A stretch of 36,828 nucleotides of DNA from a virus (lineage: Duplodnaviria > Heunggongvirae > Uroviricota > Caudoviricetes). The notes below the pieces were generated by a model that was given only the letters and a program-made list of their open reading frames with translations, was not told where the DNA came from and made no database searches. The translations under genes and the position numbers were made by a program. The stretch is taken from positions 167,935 through 204,762 of the IMG/VR virus record IMGVR_UViG_3300046642_001000; one strand, written 5' to 3'. This document shows positions 23,620 to 32,284 of this stretch, in pieces. The first letter of the stretch is position 1; every line of letters starts with the position of its first letter.

Positions 23620-24453
23620 ATGGACATCATCGAACAAATCCTCAACATCTTCACCCACTGGCCACCGAATGTGGTCCAGGTAGCCGATGCTGTTCAGTCT
23701 ACGCAGGGCCCCGCAGCCGCCCCGACCGCTCCCCCCGAGGCCAAGCCCACCGATGCCCAGCTCCGCAAGTGGCGGATCACGCAGTACTACGTCTCAGACC
23801 AGAAGAACCACGCCGGCTCGCAGACCGTTCCCGTGCTTCGGACGGACGGGGTAGTCCTCGGCTACGCCTCACCCTCGTTCTTCAGCTCTCTCTCGTTGGA
23901 GGGCACCGGAATCCTGGCGAACGGGAAGCTCATCAACGTCTCGGGGAAGTACGTCCCGGTCGACGCCGACAAGTACCAGCCGGTGTGGGACTACCACAAG
24001 AAGTACCTCTCGAAGCGTAGCCCCGGCTACTCCGGTCTCATGGTCGTGAACGACCGGGTGGTCAAGGCTTTCGCCTACGTGGTCGTCACAGGAGAGGCCG
24101 CAGGGAAGGGCTACGGCTCTGCCAATGGGTTTCCATTGGACCCGTTCCGCACGGTCGCCGCGGACATCGGACGCACTCCCAAGGACGACCCCCGCTTCAA
24201 GGGGAAGGGTGGACTGGTCCCCGTGGGGACGAAGTGCTACATCAAGGAGCTCGACGGGATGACGGTCGGTGGCTTCGTCCACGACGGCTGGATCACCGTG
24301 ACCGACACGGGCGGCGGGATCTTCGGAGCACACTTCGACCTCTTCTCTTTCGAGAAGGGACAGATCCACCTGCCCGAGGTGTGTCACGTCTGGTTCAGGG
24401 GGATCGAGGACAGGGTCGACGCAAATTACGTCCTCGGACTCCACGACGTGTGA
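23620..24453 (+). CDS. 3D (Asp-Asp-Asp) domain protein, putative lytic transglycosylase
   Basis: RTVAAD...VPVGTK.YI...DTGGGIFGAHFDLF. Confidence 0.8.
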   Translation: MDIIEQILNIFTHWPPNVVQVADAVQSTQGPAAAPTAPPEAKPTDAQLRKWRITQYYVSDQKNHAGSQTVPVLRTDGVVLGYASPSFFSSLSLEGTGILANGKLINVSGKYVPVDADKYQPVWDYHKKYLSKRSPGYSGLMVVNDRVVKAFAYVVVTGEAAGKGYGSANGFPLDPFRTVAADIGRTPKDDPRFKGKGGLVPVGTKCYIKELDGMTVGGFVHDGWITVTDTGGGIFGAHFDLFSFEKGQIHLPEVCHVWFRGIEDRVDANYVLGLHDV

Positions 24454-24459
24454 TATAAT
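24450..24459 (+). promoter_or_regulatory. extended -10 promoter (leaderless)
   Basis: GTGATATAAT-GGTTCC-ATG 24466. Confidence 0.7.
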
Positions 24460-24465
24460 GGTTCC

Positions 24466-25047
24466 ATGGCCGTCAGAACGATCATAAAGTACCCCGACAA
24501 GATCCTCCGGCAGAAGTGCAAGCCCGTCGTCCTCGAGGACCTGGAAGACCAGGAGATCGGGGGCACCATCCTGATCTGTCTCGAGAAGCTGTTCACGGAC
24601 ATGGAAGACACACTCGAAGAGTCAGATCTCGGAGCCGCGTTGGCGGCCAATCAGATCGGCGTCGACATGCGGGTGGTCGCCATGAACCAGACGACCACTG
24701 CCAGGATGGGGAAGGACGACCCGGTCGTCATGGCGATCCCGCCGTTCGTCATCAACCCGGAGATCCTGAAGAAGTCTCCCGAGACTGACATGCTGGACGA
24801 GGCGTGCCTCTCCTTCCCGGGATTCGGCATGAAGGTCCGTCGCCACCGGGCCGTCAAGGTCAAGTACAGCACGATGCTGAGGATCGACGGACGCTGGGAA
24901 GTCAAGCACGTCGAGGAGACCTACAAGGGTTTCTGGGCGCAGGTCTTCCAGCACGAGATCGACCACCTCGACGGGAAGCTGTTCGTCGACGCTCTCCCCG
25001 AGCGGAAGCGCATCGAGATCGCCAACTTCATCCGAAAGAAGAAGTGA
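24466..25047 (+). CDS. def: peptide deformylase
   Basis: YPD.IL, AALAANQIG, EACLS (EGCLS variant), QHEIDHLDG. Confidence 0.93.
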   Translation: MAVRTIIKYPDKILRQKCKPVVLEDLEDQEIGGTILICLEKLFTDMEDTLEESDLGAALAANQIGVDMRVVAMNQTTTARMGKDDPVVMAIPPFVINPEILKKSPETDMLDEACLSFPGFGMKVRRHRAVKVKYSTMLRIDGRWEVKHVEETYKGFWAQVFQHEIDHLDGKLFVDALPERKRIEIANFIRKKK

Positions 25048-25048
25048 C

Positions 25049-25882
25049 ATGCCCGAGCTTCCTGAAGTAGAGACGATGGTGGCCTACCTGCGGGAGCGGG
25101 CCATCGACGGGGAAGTCAAGGCTGTCCGGGTGCTCCGCAGTCCCGGTGGCCGGTACGACCAGGCGACCGCCATGGTGGGCCAGACCCTCCACACGGTGGG
25201 CCGTCGCGGGAAGTACATGACGTTCCACCTCAGCAACGGGATCGCCGTGGCCCACAACGCCATGTCCGGCTACTGGGACATCAAGGGCGACGAGTGGTGC
25301 TTCGACTACGTCGAGGGCGCCAGGACGGCCAAGGACAGCGACGTCCGCATGGAGTTCGACGTCCTGTGTGACAAGGAGCTGAAGACAGTCCGGTTCCACG
25401 ACTCCCGGCTCTTTGGCTCTTTCCGCTACTACCAGCCGTGCCGGAGCATCGAGGACATCGGGACCTTCGCCAACATGGGACCCGAGGCGTTCAACACGGT
25501 GAATGTGGACATGAGCATCGACAAGTCCAAGCGGGAGTGGAACGTCCTGGACGCGGCCATGCTCTTCAACCAGAAGGTCGAGGTCAAGCACGCCATGATG
25601 GACCAGGAGGCCGTCGCCGGCTTCGGGAACATCTATGCCTGTGAGGCGCTCCACGCCGCCGGGATCAACCCGTTCAAGATCGTCAAGAAGCTGACCACCG
25701 ACGAGTGGCAACGGCTCTTCGAGTCCGGACAGCTGGTCCTCCGAGAGGCGCTGATGCGGAAGCTGGACTACTCGGGACTCTGGTGCTACCGGCGCAAGGA
25801 CTGCGCCCGCTGTGAAGGTTTCATCGAAAAGAAGGACTTGCGCGGTCGTTCAACGTATTTTTGCCCGTCCTGCCAGAAGTAA
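25049..25882 (+). CDS. mutM: Fpg/Nei DNA glycosylase
   Basis: MPELPEV N-terminus, RRGKY, H2TH (AGFGNIYACEAL..AGINP), C-terminal Zn finger CARC...GRST.FCPSCQ. Confidence 0.93.
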   Translation: MPELPEVETMVAYLRERAIDGEVKAVRVLRSPGGRYDQATAMVGQTLHTVGRRGKYMTFHLSNGIAVAHNAMSGYWDIKGDEWCFDYVEGARTAKDSDVRMEFDVLCDKELKTVRFHDSRLFGSFRYYQPCRSIEDIGTFANMGPEAFNTVNVDMSIDKSKREWNVLDAAMLFNQKVEVKHAMMDQEAVAGFGNIYACEALHAAGINPFKIVKKLTTDEWQRLFESGQLVLREALMRKLDYSGLWCYRRKDCARCEGFIEKKDLRGRSTYFCPSCQK

Positions 25883-25907
25883 CCTAGGTATCATCTTACG
25901 CAATTCT

Positions 25908-25917
25908 GTGGTATAAT
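25908..25917 (+). promoter_or_regulatory. extended -10 promoter (leadered) for rtcB
   Basis: GTGGTATAAT, then SD GGAG before ATG 25936. Confidence 0.7.
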
Positions 25918-25935
25918 AGGACAGGAGCAACGGAC

Positions 25936-27099
25936 ATGTCAATCGCATTGCTGAACGGGAAGAACGTACCGATCCACCTCTGGGCACCGATCCACGAGGT
26001 AGAGTCGGTCGCCCTCGACCAACTGAAGAACATCGCGGCCCTGCCGTGGGTCTTCCACCACGTGGCCTCGATGGCCGACGTCCACTTCGGCAAGGGCGCG
26101 ACCGTCGGGTCCGTCATCGCCATGAAGGGCGCGGTTTCGCCGGCGGCCGTGGGAGTCGACATCGGCTGCGGCATGGGAGCGATCAAGACGGACCTGAAGG
26201 CCAGCGACCTGCCGGACAGCCTGAAGCGCATCCGCCTCGACCTCGAGGAGCGGATCCCGGTCGGGTTCAACGAGCACACCAACGCCGTGGTCAAGGCGTC
26301 CAACGACCTCTTCAGGAAGTTCGGCGACCTGAGCCGTGGGGTCCGTGACCTCGAGGGCAAGGCCCGGAAGCAGGTGGGTACGCTCGGTGGCGGAAACCAC
26401 TTCATCGAGCTCTGCCTGGACACCGAGGGAAACGTGTGGATGATGCTCCACTCGGGCAGCCGGAACATCGGCAAGACCCTGGCCGAGATCCACATGGCGG
26501 TCGCCCAGAAGCTGACCCACAACACGGGCCTCCCGGACAAGGACCTCGCGGTCTTCCTGGCTGGGACCCCGGAGATGGAGGCGTACCGGCACGACCTGTA
26601 CTGGGCGCAAGAGTACGCGTTCCTGAACCGCAAGGCCATGTTCGAAATCTACAAGCAGATCATGATCGAGCACTTCGGGAAGGTGAAGTTCGAGAAGCCG
26701 ATCCTCTGTCACCACAACTACGTGTCGGAGGAGAACCACTTCGGTGAGGACCTGATCGTGACCCGCAAGGGGGCGATCTCGGCCCAGGCCGGAGAGCTCG
26801 GCATCATCCCGGGATCGATGGGAACCAAGTCCTACATCGTTCGGGGAGTCGGTAACCCGGAGTCGTTCTGCAGCGCGTCCCACGGGGCGGGCCGCCGGAT
26901 GAGCCGCGGCAAGGCCAAGCGTTCGTTCACGCTGGACGACATGATCGCCCAGACGGCGGGCGTCGAGTGCCGGAAGGACGAGGCGGTCCTGGACGAGATC
27001 CCGGGCGCCTATAAGGACATCGATCAGGTCATGGCGAACCAGTCCGACCTGGTGGAGATCGTGGCAGAGCTGAAGCAAGTGCTCTGCGTGAAGGGATGA
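25936..27099 (+). CDS. rtcB: RtcB RNA ligase
   Basis: ADVH.G.GATVG, VGVDIGCGM, GTLGGGNHFIE, HSGSR, HHNY, HGAGR, DEIPGAYKDI. Confidence 0.95.
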   Translation: MSIALLNGKNVPIHLWAPIHEVESVALDQLKNIAALPWVFHHVASMADVHFGKGATVGSVIAMKGAVSPAAVGVDIGCGMGAIKTDLKASDLPDSLKRIRLDLEERIPVGFNEHTNAVVKASNDLFRKFGDLSRGVRDLEGKARKQVGTLGGGNHFIELCLDTEGNVWMMLHSGSRNIGKTLAEIHMAVAQKLTHNTGLPDKDLAVFLAGTPEMEAYRHDLYWAQEYAFLNRKAMFEIYKQIMIEHFGKVKFEKPILCHHNYVSEENHFGEDLIVTRKGAISAQAGELGIIPGSMGTKSYIVRGVGNPESFCSASHGAGRRMSRGKAKRSFTLDDMIAQTAGVECRKDEAVLDEIPGAYKDIDQVMANQSDLVEIVAELKQVLCVKG

Positions 27100-27299
27100 A
27101 CATGCGCTACAAGGTCGTCTTCAAGAGTGGGTCCGGCTACGCCTCCTTCGACGAGTCCGAGTACGAGCGGGCTCTCGAGCTCTTCAAGGAGGACGGGATC
27201 CGCATGCTCCGCCAGAAGGACATCTTCGACGAAGGGACGCTCATCTTCGGACTGCCCGAGGTCCAGGACTTGACGCGCGATCCGAGCAATGAAAACTGA
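27096..27299 (+). CDS. hypothetical protein
   Basis: 67 aa, ATGA overlap. Confidence 0.65.
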   Translation: MNMRYKVVFKSGSGYASFDESEYERALELFKEDGIRMLRQKDIFDEGTLIFGLPEVQDLTRDPSNEN

Positions 27300-27855
27300 T
27301 GACCTGAGCGACCACCTCTGGGCCTTCGTCCACGTGACGGGCTACAAGGCCCACTACGTACCGAAACAGCTGGTCGCCGCCATCATCCAGGACCTCACCA
27401 CCCGTGAGCACGAGGAAGAGGGGGCCGGGGAAGTGGTCGATGTCTCAGGGACCGACACCGGCTGGTGCGACCGTCCCGGTATGATCATGGTCGATCGTCC
27501 GATCGAGAAGATCAAGATCGACACCTTCCACCTCGACATCCCATCCCAGGACTTCCAGTACTTCGTCAGGAAGCTCATCGACGCCCCCGAGCGGACCACT
27601 CCCGACGGACAGAAGTACTACAAGATCCACGGCTGGCTCCACTGCGTCGTGTTCACCCCGGACCAGCGAGACATCGTCCTGCAGACCATGGCGGAGATGT
27701 GGCCCGAGGTGGAGGCGAAGGCGGACAAGGCCGACAAGGAGTTCAGCCGACGGATGCGGGAGATCAACAAGAATGGGGTGAAGGTCATCTCCCATCGGGA
27801 CAAGGAAAGCCCGCATGTCAAGCGGGTCCGGAAGCCGAAGAAGGAGAACAATTGA
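27289..27855 (+). CDS. hypothetical protein
   Basis: 188 aa. Confidence 0.8.
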   Translation: MKTDDLSDHLWAFVHVTGYKAHYVPKQLVAAIIQDLTTREHEEEGAGEVVDVSGTDTGWCDRPGMIMVDRPIEKIKIDTFHLDIPSQDFQYFVRKLIDAPERTTPDGQKYYKIHGWLHCVVFTPDQRDIVLQTMAEMWPEVEAKADKADKEFSRRMREINKNGVKVISHRDKESPHVKRVRKPKKENN

Positions 27856-28304
27856 TCCCGACTGAGATCTCGCCCTACGCCCTCATGCAGGAGGAGTTCC
27901 GGAACGAGCCGTGGAAGCTGCTCGTCGGATGCATCCTCCTCAACCAGGTCTCCGCCAAGGTCGCCAAGCCGATCTGGCAGAAGTTCTTCGAGATGTACCC
28001 CACAGCCCAGTCCCTGCATGATGCTCCGACGTCCACGGCGTTGGCCGACATGACGGTCCTATTTCGCCCCTTGGGGTTCCAAAATAGGAGAGCCACGAGG
28101 GTCCTGTGCATGACCGGAGATTTTCTGAAGTGGGACGGCAACGACCCACTCTCCCTCTATGGAGTCGGGAAGTACGCCGCAGACTCCTACAACATGTTCG
28201 TCAAAGGAGAGATCGTCCCAGACGTGAAGGACAAGGAACTCCGGAACTACGTCGAGTGGGCATCTAAGTATCCCAATGGACAAGAAGCTCAGCATCGTCT
28301 CTGA
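27852..28304 (+). CDS. MBD4-like HhH-GPD DNA glycosylase
   Basis: TTG start with SD AAGGAG; PWKLLVGCILLNQ, PLGFQNRRA, LYGVGKYAADSY. Confidence 0.85.
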   Translation: MIPTEISPYALMQEEFRNEPWKLLVGCILLNQVSAKVAKPIWQKFFEMYPTAQSLHDAPTSTALADMTVLFRPLGFQNRRATRVLCMTGDFLKWDGNDPLSLYGVGKYAADSYNMFVKGEIVPDVKDKELRNYVEWASKYPNGQEAQHRL

Positions 28305-28554
28305 AGCAGGAGACTCGGTCAAGGACGCGTTGGAAGCCCTGAAGCGGTTGGTCCGCCGGGCAAAGCTCAGAGCCCTGGCCGCCAAGCGTCGGTACGACAG
28401 GACTCAGAGCAAGGTCGACGAGCACAACTACATGCTCTCGGCGCAGGAGTTCTACTACATGGCCGCCCTCTCGGCCGACTTCACCAAAGCAGCAGCCGAA
28501 GCGCTCGCCCAGCAGCTGGCGGACAAGAACGCAAAGAACAACACCTTGAACTGA
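28276..28554 (+). CDS. hypothetical protein
   Basis: 92 aa, helical. Confidence 0.65.
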   Translation: MDKKLSIVSEAGDSVKDALEALKRLVRRAKLRALAAKRRYDRTQSKVDEHNYMLSAQEFYYMAALSADFTKAAAEALAQQLADKNAKNNTLN

Positions 28555-28558
28555 AGCT

Positions 28559-28568
28559 GTGGTATAAT
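28559..28568 (+). promoter_or_regulatory. extended -10 promoter (leaderless)
   Basis: GTGGTATAAT-GGTAGG-ATG 28575. Confidence 0.7.
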
Positions 28569-28574
28569 GGTAGG

Positions 28575-30179
28575 ATGTGGAGACCATACTTTCCGCTCAA
28601 GGAACCACGTCCCGACCAGGCTCGGGCGCTCGATCAACTCTGCGAAGACGCTCTAGCCGGCAAGCGGGTCCTCCTCGCTGAGCTTGGCACGGGTGTCGGC
28701 AAGTCCGCCATCGCGGTGACGATGGCCGGGTGGCTGGCGTCCATCGAGGAACCGGTGGATCCCTACAAGCCCGGGGCCGTCGTCCTCACCTCACAGAAGA
28801 TCCTTCAGGACCAGTACGTCAAGGACTTCTCCCACGCGCGAGACCTGCGGTCCGCGGCGAACTTCCCCTGCGTCCATCCCAAGCTCGGTCCGACTTGCGC
28901 GGCCACTTCCCGAGTCCGGACGGCCTTCATGAAGGTCCAGGGCGAGACTTTCGATCCTCGACTGGCCTGCAGCAGCTGCCCGTACCGAGAGGCCAAGAAA
29001 GCGTTCGCTGAAGGTCCCCTCGGGATCACGAACTACTCCTATTTCTTCTCGGAGTCCGTCTACGCCGGTCAACTGCCGAAGCGGCACCTGCTCGTGCTCG
29101 ACGAGGCCCACAACATCGAGGACGAGGTCCGTCGCTGGGCGACCGTGAACGTCGACTGGAAGGACGCGGGCAAGCTCAACCTGGAGCTCCCCAAGTTCGG
29201 CACCTCTCCCCAGAAGCTGATCGACTGGCTGGGCGGCGAGTACAAGAAGACCATTCTCGACAAGATGGAGAAGGTGGCCAAGAAGCTCATCGAGATGTTC
29301 GGCAAGAACCTCGGTCCCGGGGCGCTCGAGAAGATCGCCGAGGACAACGAGATGCTGGACAAGCGTCTGTGCCAGATCAACCGCATCCTGGACAAGGGTG
29401 GCACCATCCTGACGAACTGGGACCAGGGCGGGCAGACGATCTCCTACCAGCCGCTGGAGGTTGCGGGGCTGGCAAACGACATCCTCTACAGCCAGGCGCA
29501 ACGCGTCCTCCTCATGTCGGCAACGATCCTCGACAAGGACGTCTTCACCCGGAGCGCCGGTCTTCCGGCGGACGCGGGCTTCATCTCCATCCCCACCCCG
29601 TTCTCACCGAAGTCGTTCGGTGTGCACTTCCGACCGGTGGGTAAGATGTCCAGGCAGGGGATCGACCAGTCCCTCCCGCTCATCGGCAGGGCCATCAAGC
29701 GCATCCTGGACGCCCACCCCAATGAGAAGGGGATCATCCACACCGCCAACTACGAGATCACCAAGGAAGTCGGCAAGATCACGAACAAGCGGCTCCTGGT
29801 CCAGAAGAACGCGAACGACCGGAAGGACATCATCAATCGGCACATGAAGAGCCCGGACCCGACCGTCATCGTCTCTCCCGGCATGACTGAGGGGCTCGAC
29901 CTTCGGGACGACCTCGGTCGCTTCCAGATCATCTGCAAGGTCCCGTACCCGAACATGGGAGACCCGGTCGTCAAGGCCAAGATGAGCTCGGACCGGGAGT
30001 GGTACAACTGGCGGACCGTCCGGGCGCTCGCCCAGGCCATGGGACGCTGCGTCCGCTCGGAGACGGACTTCACGGCCACCTACATCCTGGACGAGTGCTA
30101 CCTCGACATGCTCGAGAAGTGGGGGCACATGTTCCCGAAGCACCTGACCAGCGACATGGAGATGGAAGAGCCCTTCTAG
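28575..30179 (+). CDS. dinG: DinG/Rad3-family SF2 helicase
   Basis: R..Q motif, GTGVGKS, Cys cluster (Fe-S), DEAH, MSAT, EGLD, K.PYP, QAMGRCVRSE.D. Confidence 0.9.
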   Translation: MWRPYFPLKEPRPDQARALDQLCEDALAGKRVLLAELGTGVGKSAIAVTMAGWLASIEEPVDPYKPGAVVLTSQKILQDQYVKDFSHARDLRSAANFPCVHPKLGPTCAATSRVRTAFMKVQGETFDPRLACSSCPYREAKKAFAEGPLGITNYSYFFSESVYAGQLPKRHLLVLDEAHNIEDEVRRWATVNVDWKDAGKLNLELPKFGTSPQKLIDWLGGEYKKTILDKMEKVAKKLIEMFGKNLGPGALEKIAEDNEMLDKRLCQINRILDKGGTILTNWDQGGQTISYQPLEVAGLANDILYSQAQRVLLMSATILDKDVFTRSAGLPADAGFISIPTPFSPKSFGVHFRPVGKMSRQGIDQSLPLIGRAIKRILDAHPNEKGIIHTANYEITKEVGKITNKRLLVQKNANDRKDIINRHMKSPDPTVIVSPGMTEGLDLRDDLGRFQIICKVPYPNMGDPVVKAKMSSDREWYNWRTVRALAQAMGRCVRSETDFTATYILDECYLDMLEKWGHMFPKHLTSDMEMEEPF

Positions 30180-30180
30180 C

Positions 30181-30639
30181 ATGGGGGAGCTCCGCATAGG
30201 GATCGTCGGCTCCCGCCGGCGGAACACCCTGAAGGACCGGCAGATCGTCATCGACATCGTCCGGTCCGCGACGGTAGCATTTCCTGACAAACACATCGTC
30301 ATCGTCTCAGGAGGGGCCGAGGGTCCGGACTCCTTCGCCAAGGAAGCCGCGGCTCTCTACGGCCTGGAGTACAAGGACCATCCCATCCCCCGTGACCCGC
30401 CCATCACCTCCAAGCAGGACTTCGTCTTCAGGGCCTTCTCTCGAAACAAAGATATCGTGGTCGACTCTAGTCTTCTATTCGCGCTCGTGCATCCCAACCG
30501 GAAGGGCGGCACAGAAAATACGGTGACACATGCTGTGGATCTCAAAAAGAAATTTTTCCTGGTTGATCAGGAAGGCCGTTGCTACTTATCAGGAGTGGGC
30601 TGGAACGAAAGACATGGCGAAGCGTCCTACAAGACTTGA
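30181..30639 (+). CDS. SLOG-superfamily (DprA/YspA-like) protein
   Basis: IGIVGSR, IVSGGAEGPD, RNKDIV, GGT..TV..A. Confidence 0.8.
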   Translation: MGELRIGIVGSRRRNTLKDRQIVIDIVRSATVAFPDKHIVIVSGGAEGPDSFAKEAAALYGLEYKDHPIPRDPPITSKQDFVFRAFSRNKDIVVDSSLLFALVHPNRKGGTENTVTHAVDLKKKFFLVDQEGRCYLSGVGWNERHGEASYKT

Positions 30640-30979
30640 GCTGCATAGGCTCAAGTACTGCGCCGCGGAGGGGAAGCACCCCCTGATCCCGTGGAAGGAC
30701 CTCTCCGACTTCGAAAAGAACCAGTTCTCCACCTCCTTCTTCCAAGCTCTCTTCGTCGACAAGCAGAAGCGTGACCCCTACGTGGTGTACGCCGATGAGC
30801 TTTCCAACTGGGGCATCATGTGCCCCCACCCCCAACACAAGCGCCTCTACGGAGGCACCGTGAGATCTGAGGTGCCGGTCGGTTCCCACCGCTGGTACCT
30901 GTGTGAGTGTTGCGCCTCACACTGTCCGAACGATGCCCTCCCAGACTGGCTTGTCGGAAAGGCAAGCGGGGGTCGATGA
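30614..30979 (+). CDS. hypothetical Cys/His protein
   Basis: MAKRPT start; CPHP...CECC. Confidence 0.7.
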   Translation: MAKRPTRLELHRLKYCAAEGKHPLIPWKDLSDFEKNQFSTSFFQALFVDKQKRDPYVVYADELSNWGIMCPHPQHKRLYGGTVRSEVPVGSHRWYLCECCASHCPNDALPDWLVGKASGGR

Positions 30980-30982
30980 CAG

Positions 30983-31165
30983 ATGCTCGAACTCCCACCT
31001 CTTGTGGAGGAGGTAGCCCGTAGGCTGCACCTCGAGGGATGCATCTACGCCGAAGCCTATCCCATGCGCAAGTGGGAACGTGAGGGCTGGCCCACAGACG
31101 ACTGGTTCTACCGAATGGTAGACGGCGTCCTCAAGATCCTGAGGGCGATGGATGAGAAGAAGTGA
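30983..31165 (+). CDS. hypothetical protein
   Basis: 60 aa. Confidence 0.55.
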   Translation: MLELPPLVEEVARRLHLEGCIYAEAYPMRKWEREGWPTDDWFYRMVDGVLKILRAMDEKK

Positions 31166-31634
31166 CCTCAAGAAGCTGAAGAACTACGCCAAGAAGAAGA
31201 AGGTCCGCGTCCGCTTCAGCTCCAGACATCCTCTTGGAACCATAAAGCTTTCGGGCTACTACAACATCCCTGCGCGTGTCGTCACCCTCTCTCCTGACCT
31301 CAAGACCCATCGGGAAGAACGCCACCTCATCCACAGCCTGGCCCACGAGCTCGGTCACGCTTCAGACTTCGACGACATGGGAAAGAGGGAATGTTACCGG
31401 CACATGCAGTGTGTCGGGCTCTTCAACATGTGGCGACTCGGAGAAGTCTCCATCTCGAAGAAGTATCTTCGGAAGCTCCGACGGGTCATCATAGATCTAG
31501 AGGAAGCGGCCTGGACCCGTGGGGAGAACATCCTGAAGAAGCTGAAGATCGAGATGGATGAAGTCTGGATGAAGAAGAGTCGGACGAAGTTCGTCGGGAC
31601 CTACAGGAAGGTCTTTTCCAAGCACCTGGACTAA
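31152..31634 (+). CDS. putative metallopeptidase (HExxH, IrrE/ImmA-like)
   Basis: LAHELGH...EEAAW. Confidence 0.65.
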   Translation: MRRSDLKKLKNYAKKKKVRVRFSSRHPLGTIKLSGYYNIPARVVTLSPDLKTHREERHLIHSLAHELGHASDFDDMGKRECYRHMQCVGLFNMWRLGEVSISKKYLRKLRRVIIDLEEAAWTRGENILKKLKIEMDEVWMKKSRTKFVGTYRKVFSKHLD

Positions 31635-31643
31635 TTATCCCCT

Positions 31644-31988
31644 ATGAACGTCACCGAATCAGCCTGGCAGGAGATCATCAGGCAGGACGCCGGCAAGCAG
31701 CGCTGGGTCCAGTTCTTCGTCCGTGGCGGGGGATGCAACGGCTTCCAGTATTACATGGGCTGGATGGACCCGATGGTCGCCTTCACGAACGACAACCACC
31801 TGCTGGAGCCGCCGCCCGTCCAGGTGGACGGACAGTGGAACTTCCGGAAGGCCTGGATCTTCGTCGACCACAAGAGCTACAAGTTCGTCGGTGACATGAC
31901 CCTGGACTTCAAGCCCCTGAAAGGATTCATCTTCGACAACCCGAAGGCGACCTCTTCCTGCGGGTGCGGGAAGTCCGTCAGCTTCTAG
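31644..31988 (+). CDS. iscA: IscA/HesB A-type Fe-S carrier
   Basis: GGGCNGFQY and SSCGCGKS.SF. Confidence 0.9.
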   Translation: MNVTESAWQEIIRQDAGKQRWVQFFVRGGGCNGFQYYMGWMDPMVAFTNDNHLLEPPPVQVDGQWNFRKAWIFVDHKSYKFVGDMTLDFKPLKGFIFDNPKATSSCGCGKSVSF

Positions 31989-31998
31989 GAGATCGGAA

Positions 31999-32226
31999 AT
32001 GGCCAAGAGTTACGTCGGAACCTGTCCCTGTCCTCAGCACCTCGGACGGAACCACGCCGGGCACATCATGTGCATGAACCGGGCGAATGTCTACAAGCTA
32101 GACGACGGCTCGGAGAGCTACGCCTCGGAATGCGCAGCGGGCCACATCCAGCACTTCGGGGGATACTACCTGAAGCTCGTGAACGGGAACGACCCCGAGA
32201 TCGTCTTCCCGCCTCTTCCCGCCTAA
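31999..32226 (+). CDS. hypothetical protein
   Basis: SD GGAG; 75 aa. Confidence 0.7.
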   Translation: MAKSYVGTCPCPQHLGRNHAGHIMCMNRANVYKLDDGSESYASECAAGHIQHFGGYYLKLVNGNDPEIVFPPLPA

Positions 32227-32238
32227 AGCACTTTTTCC

Positions 32239-32267
32239 TTTACAACCCGTGTGAGTCCACTTATAAT
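32239..32267 (+). promoter_or_regulatory. sigma70-type promoter antisense to the hydroxylase gene
   Basis: TTTACA-17bp-TATAAT. Confidence 0.65.
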
Positions 32268-32284
32268 GGATTCACAAGTCGCGG

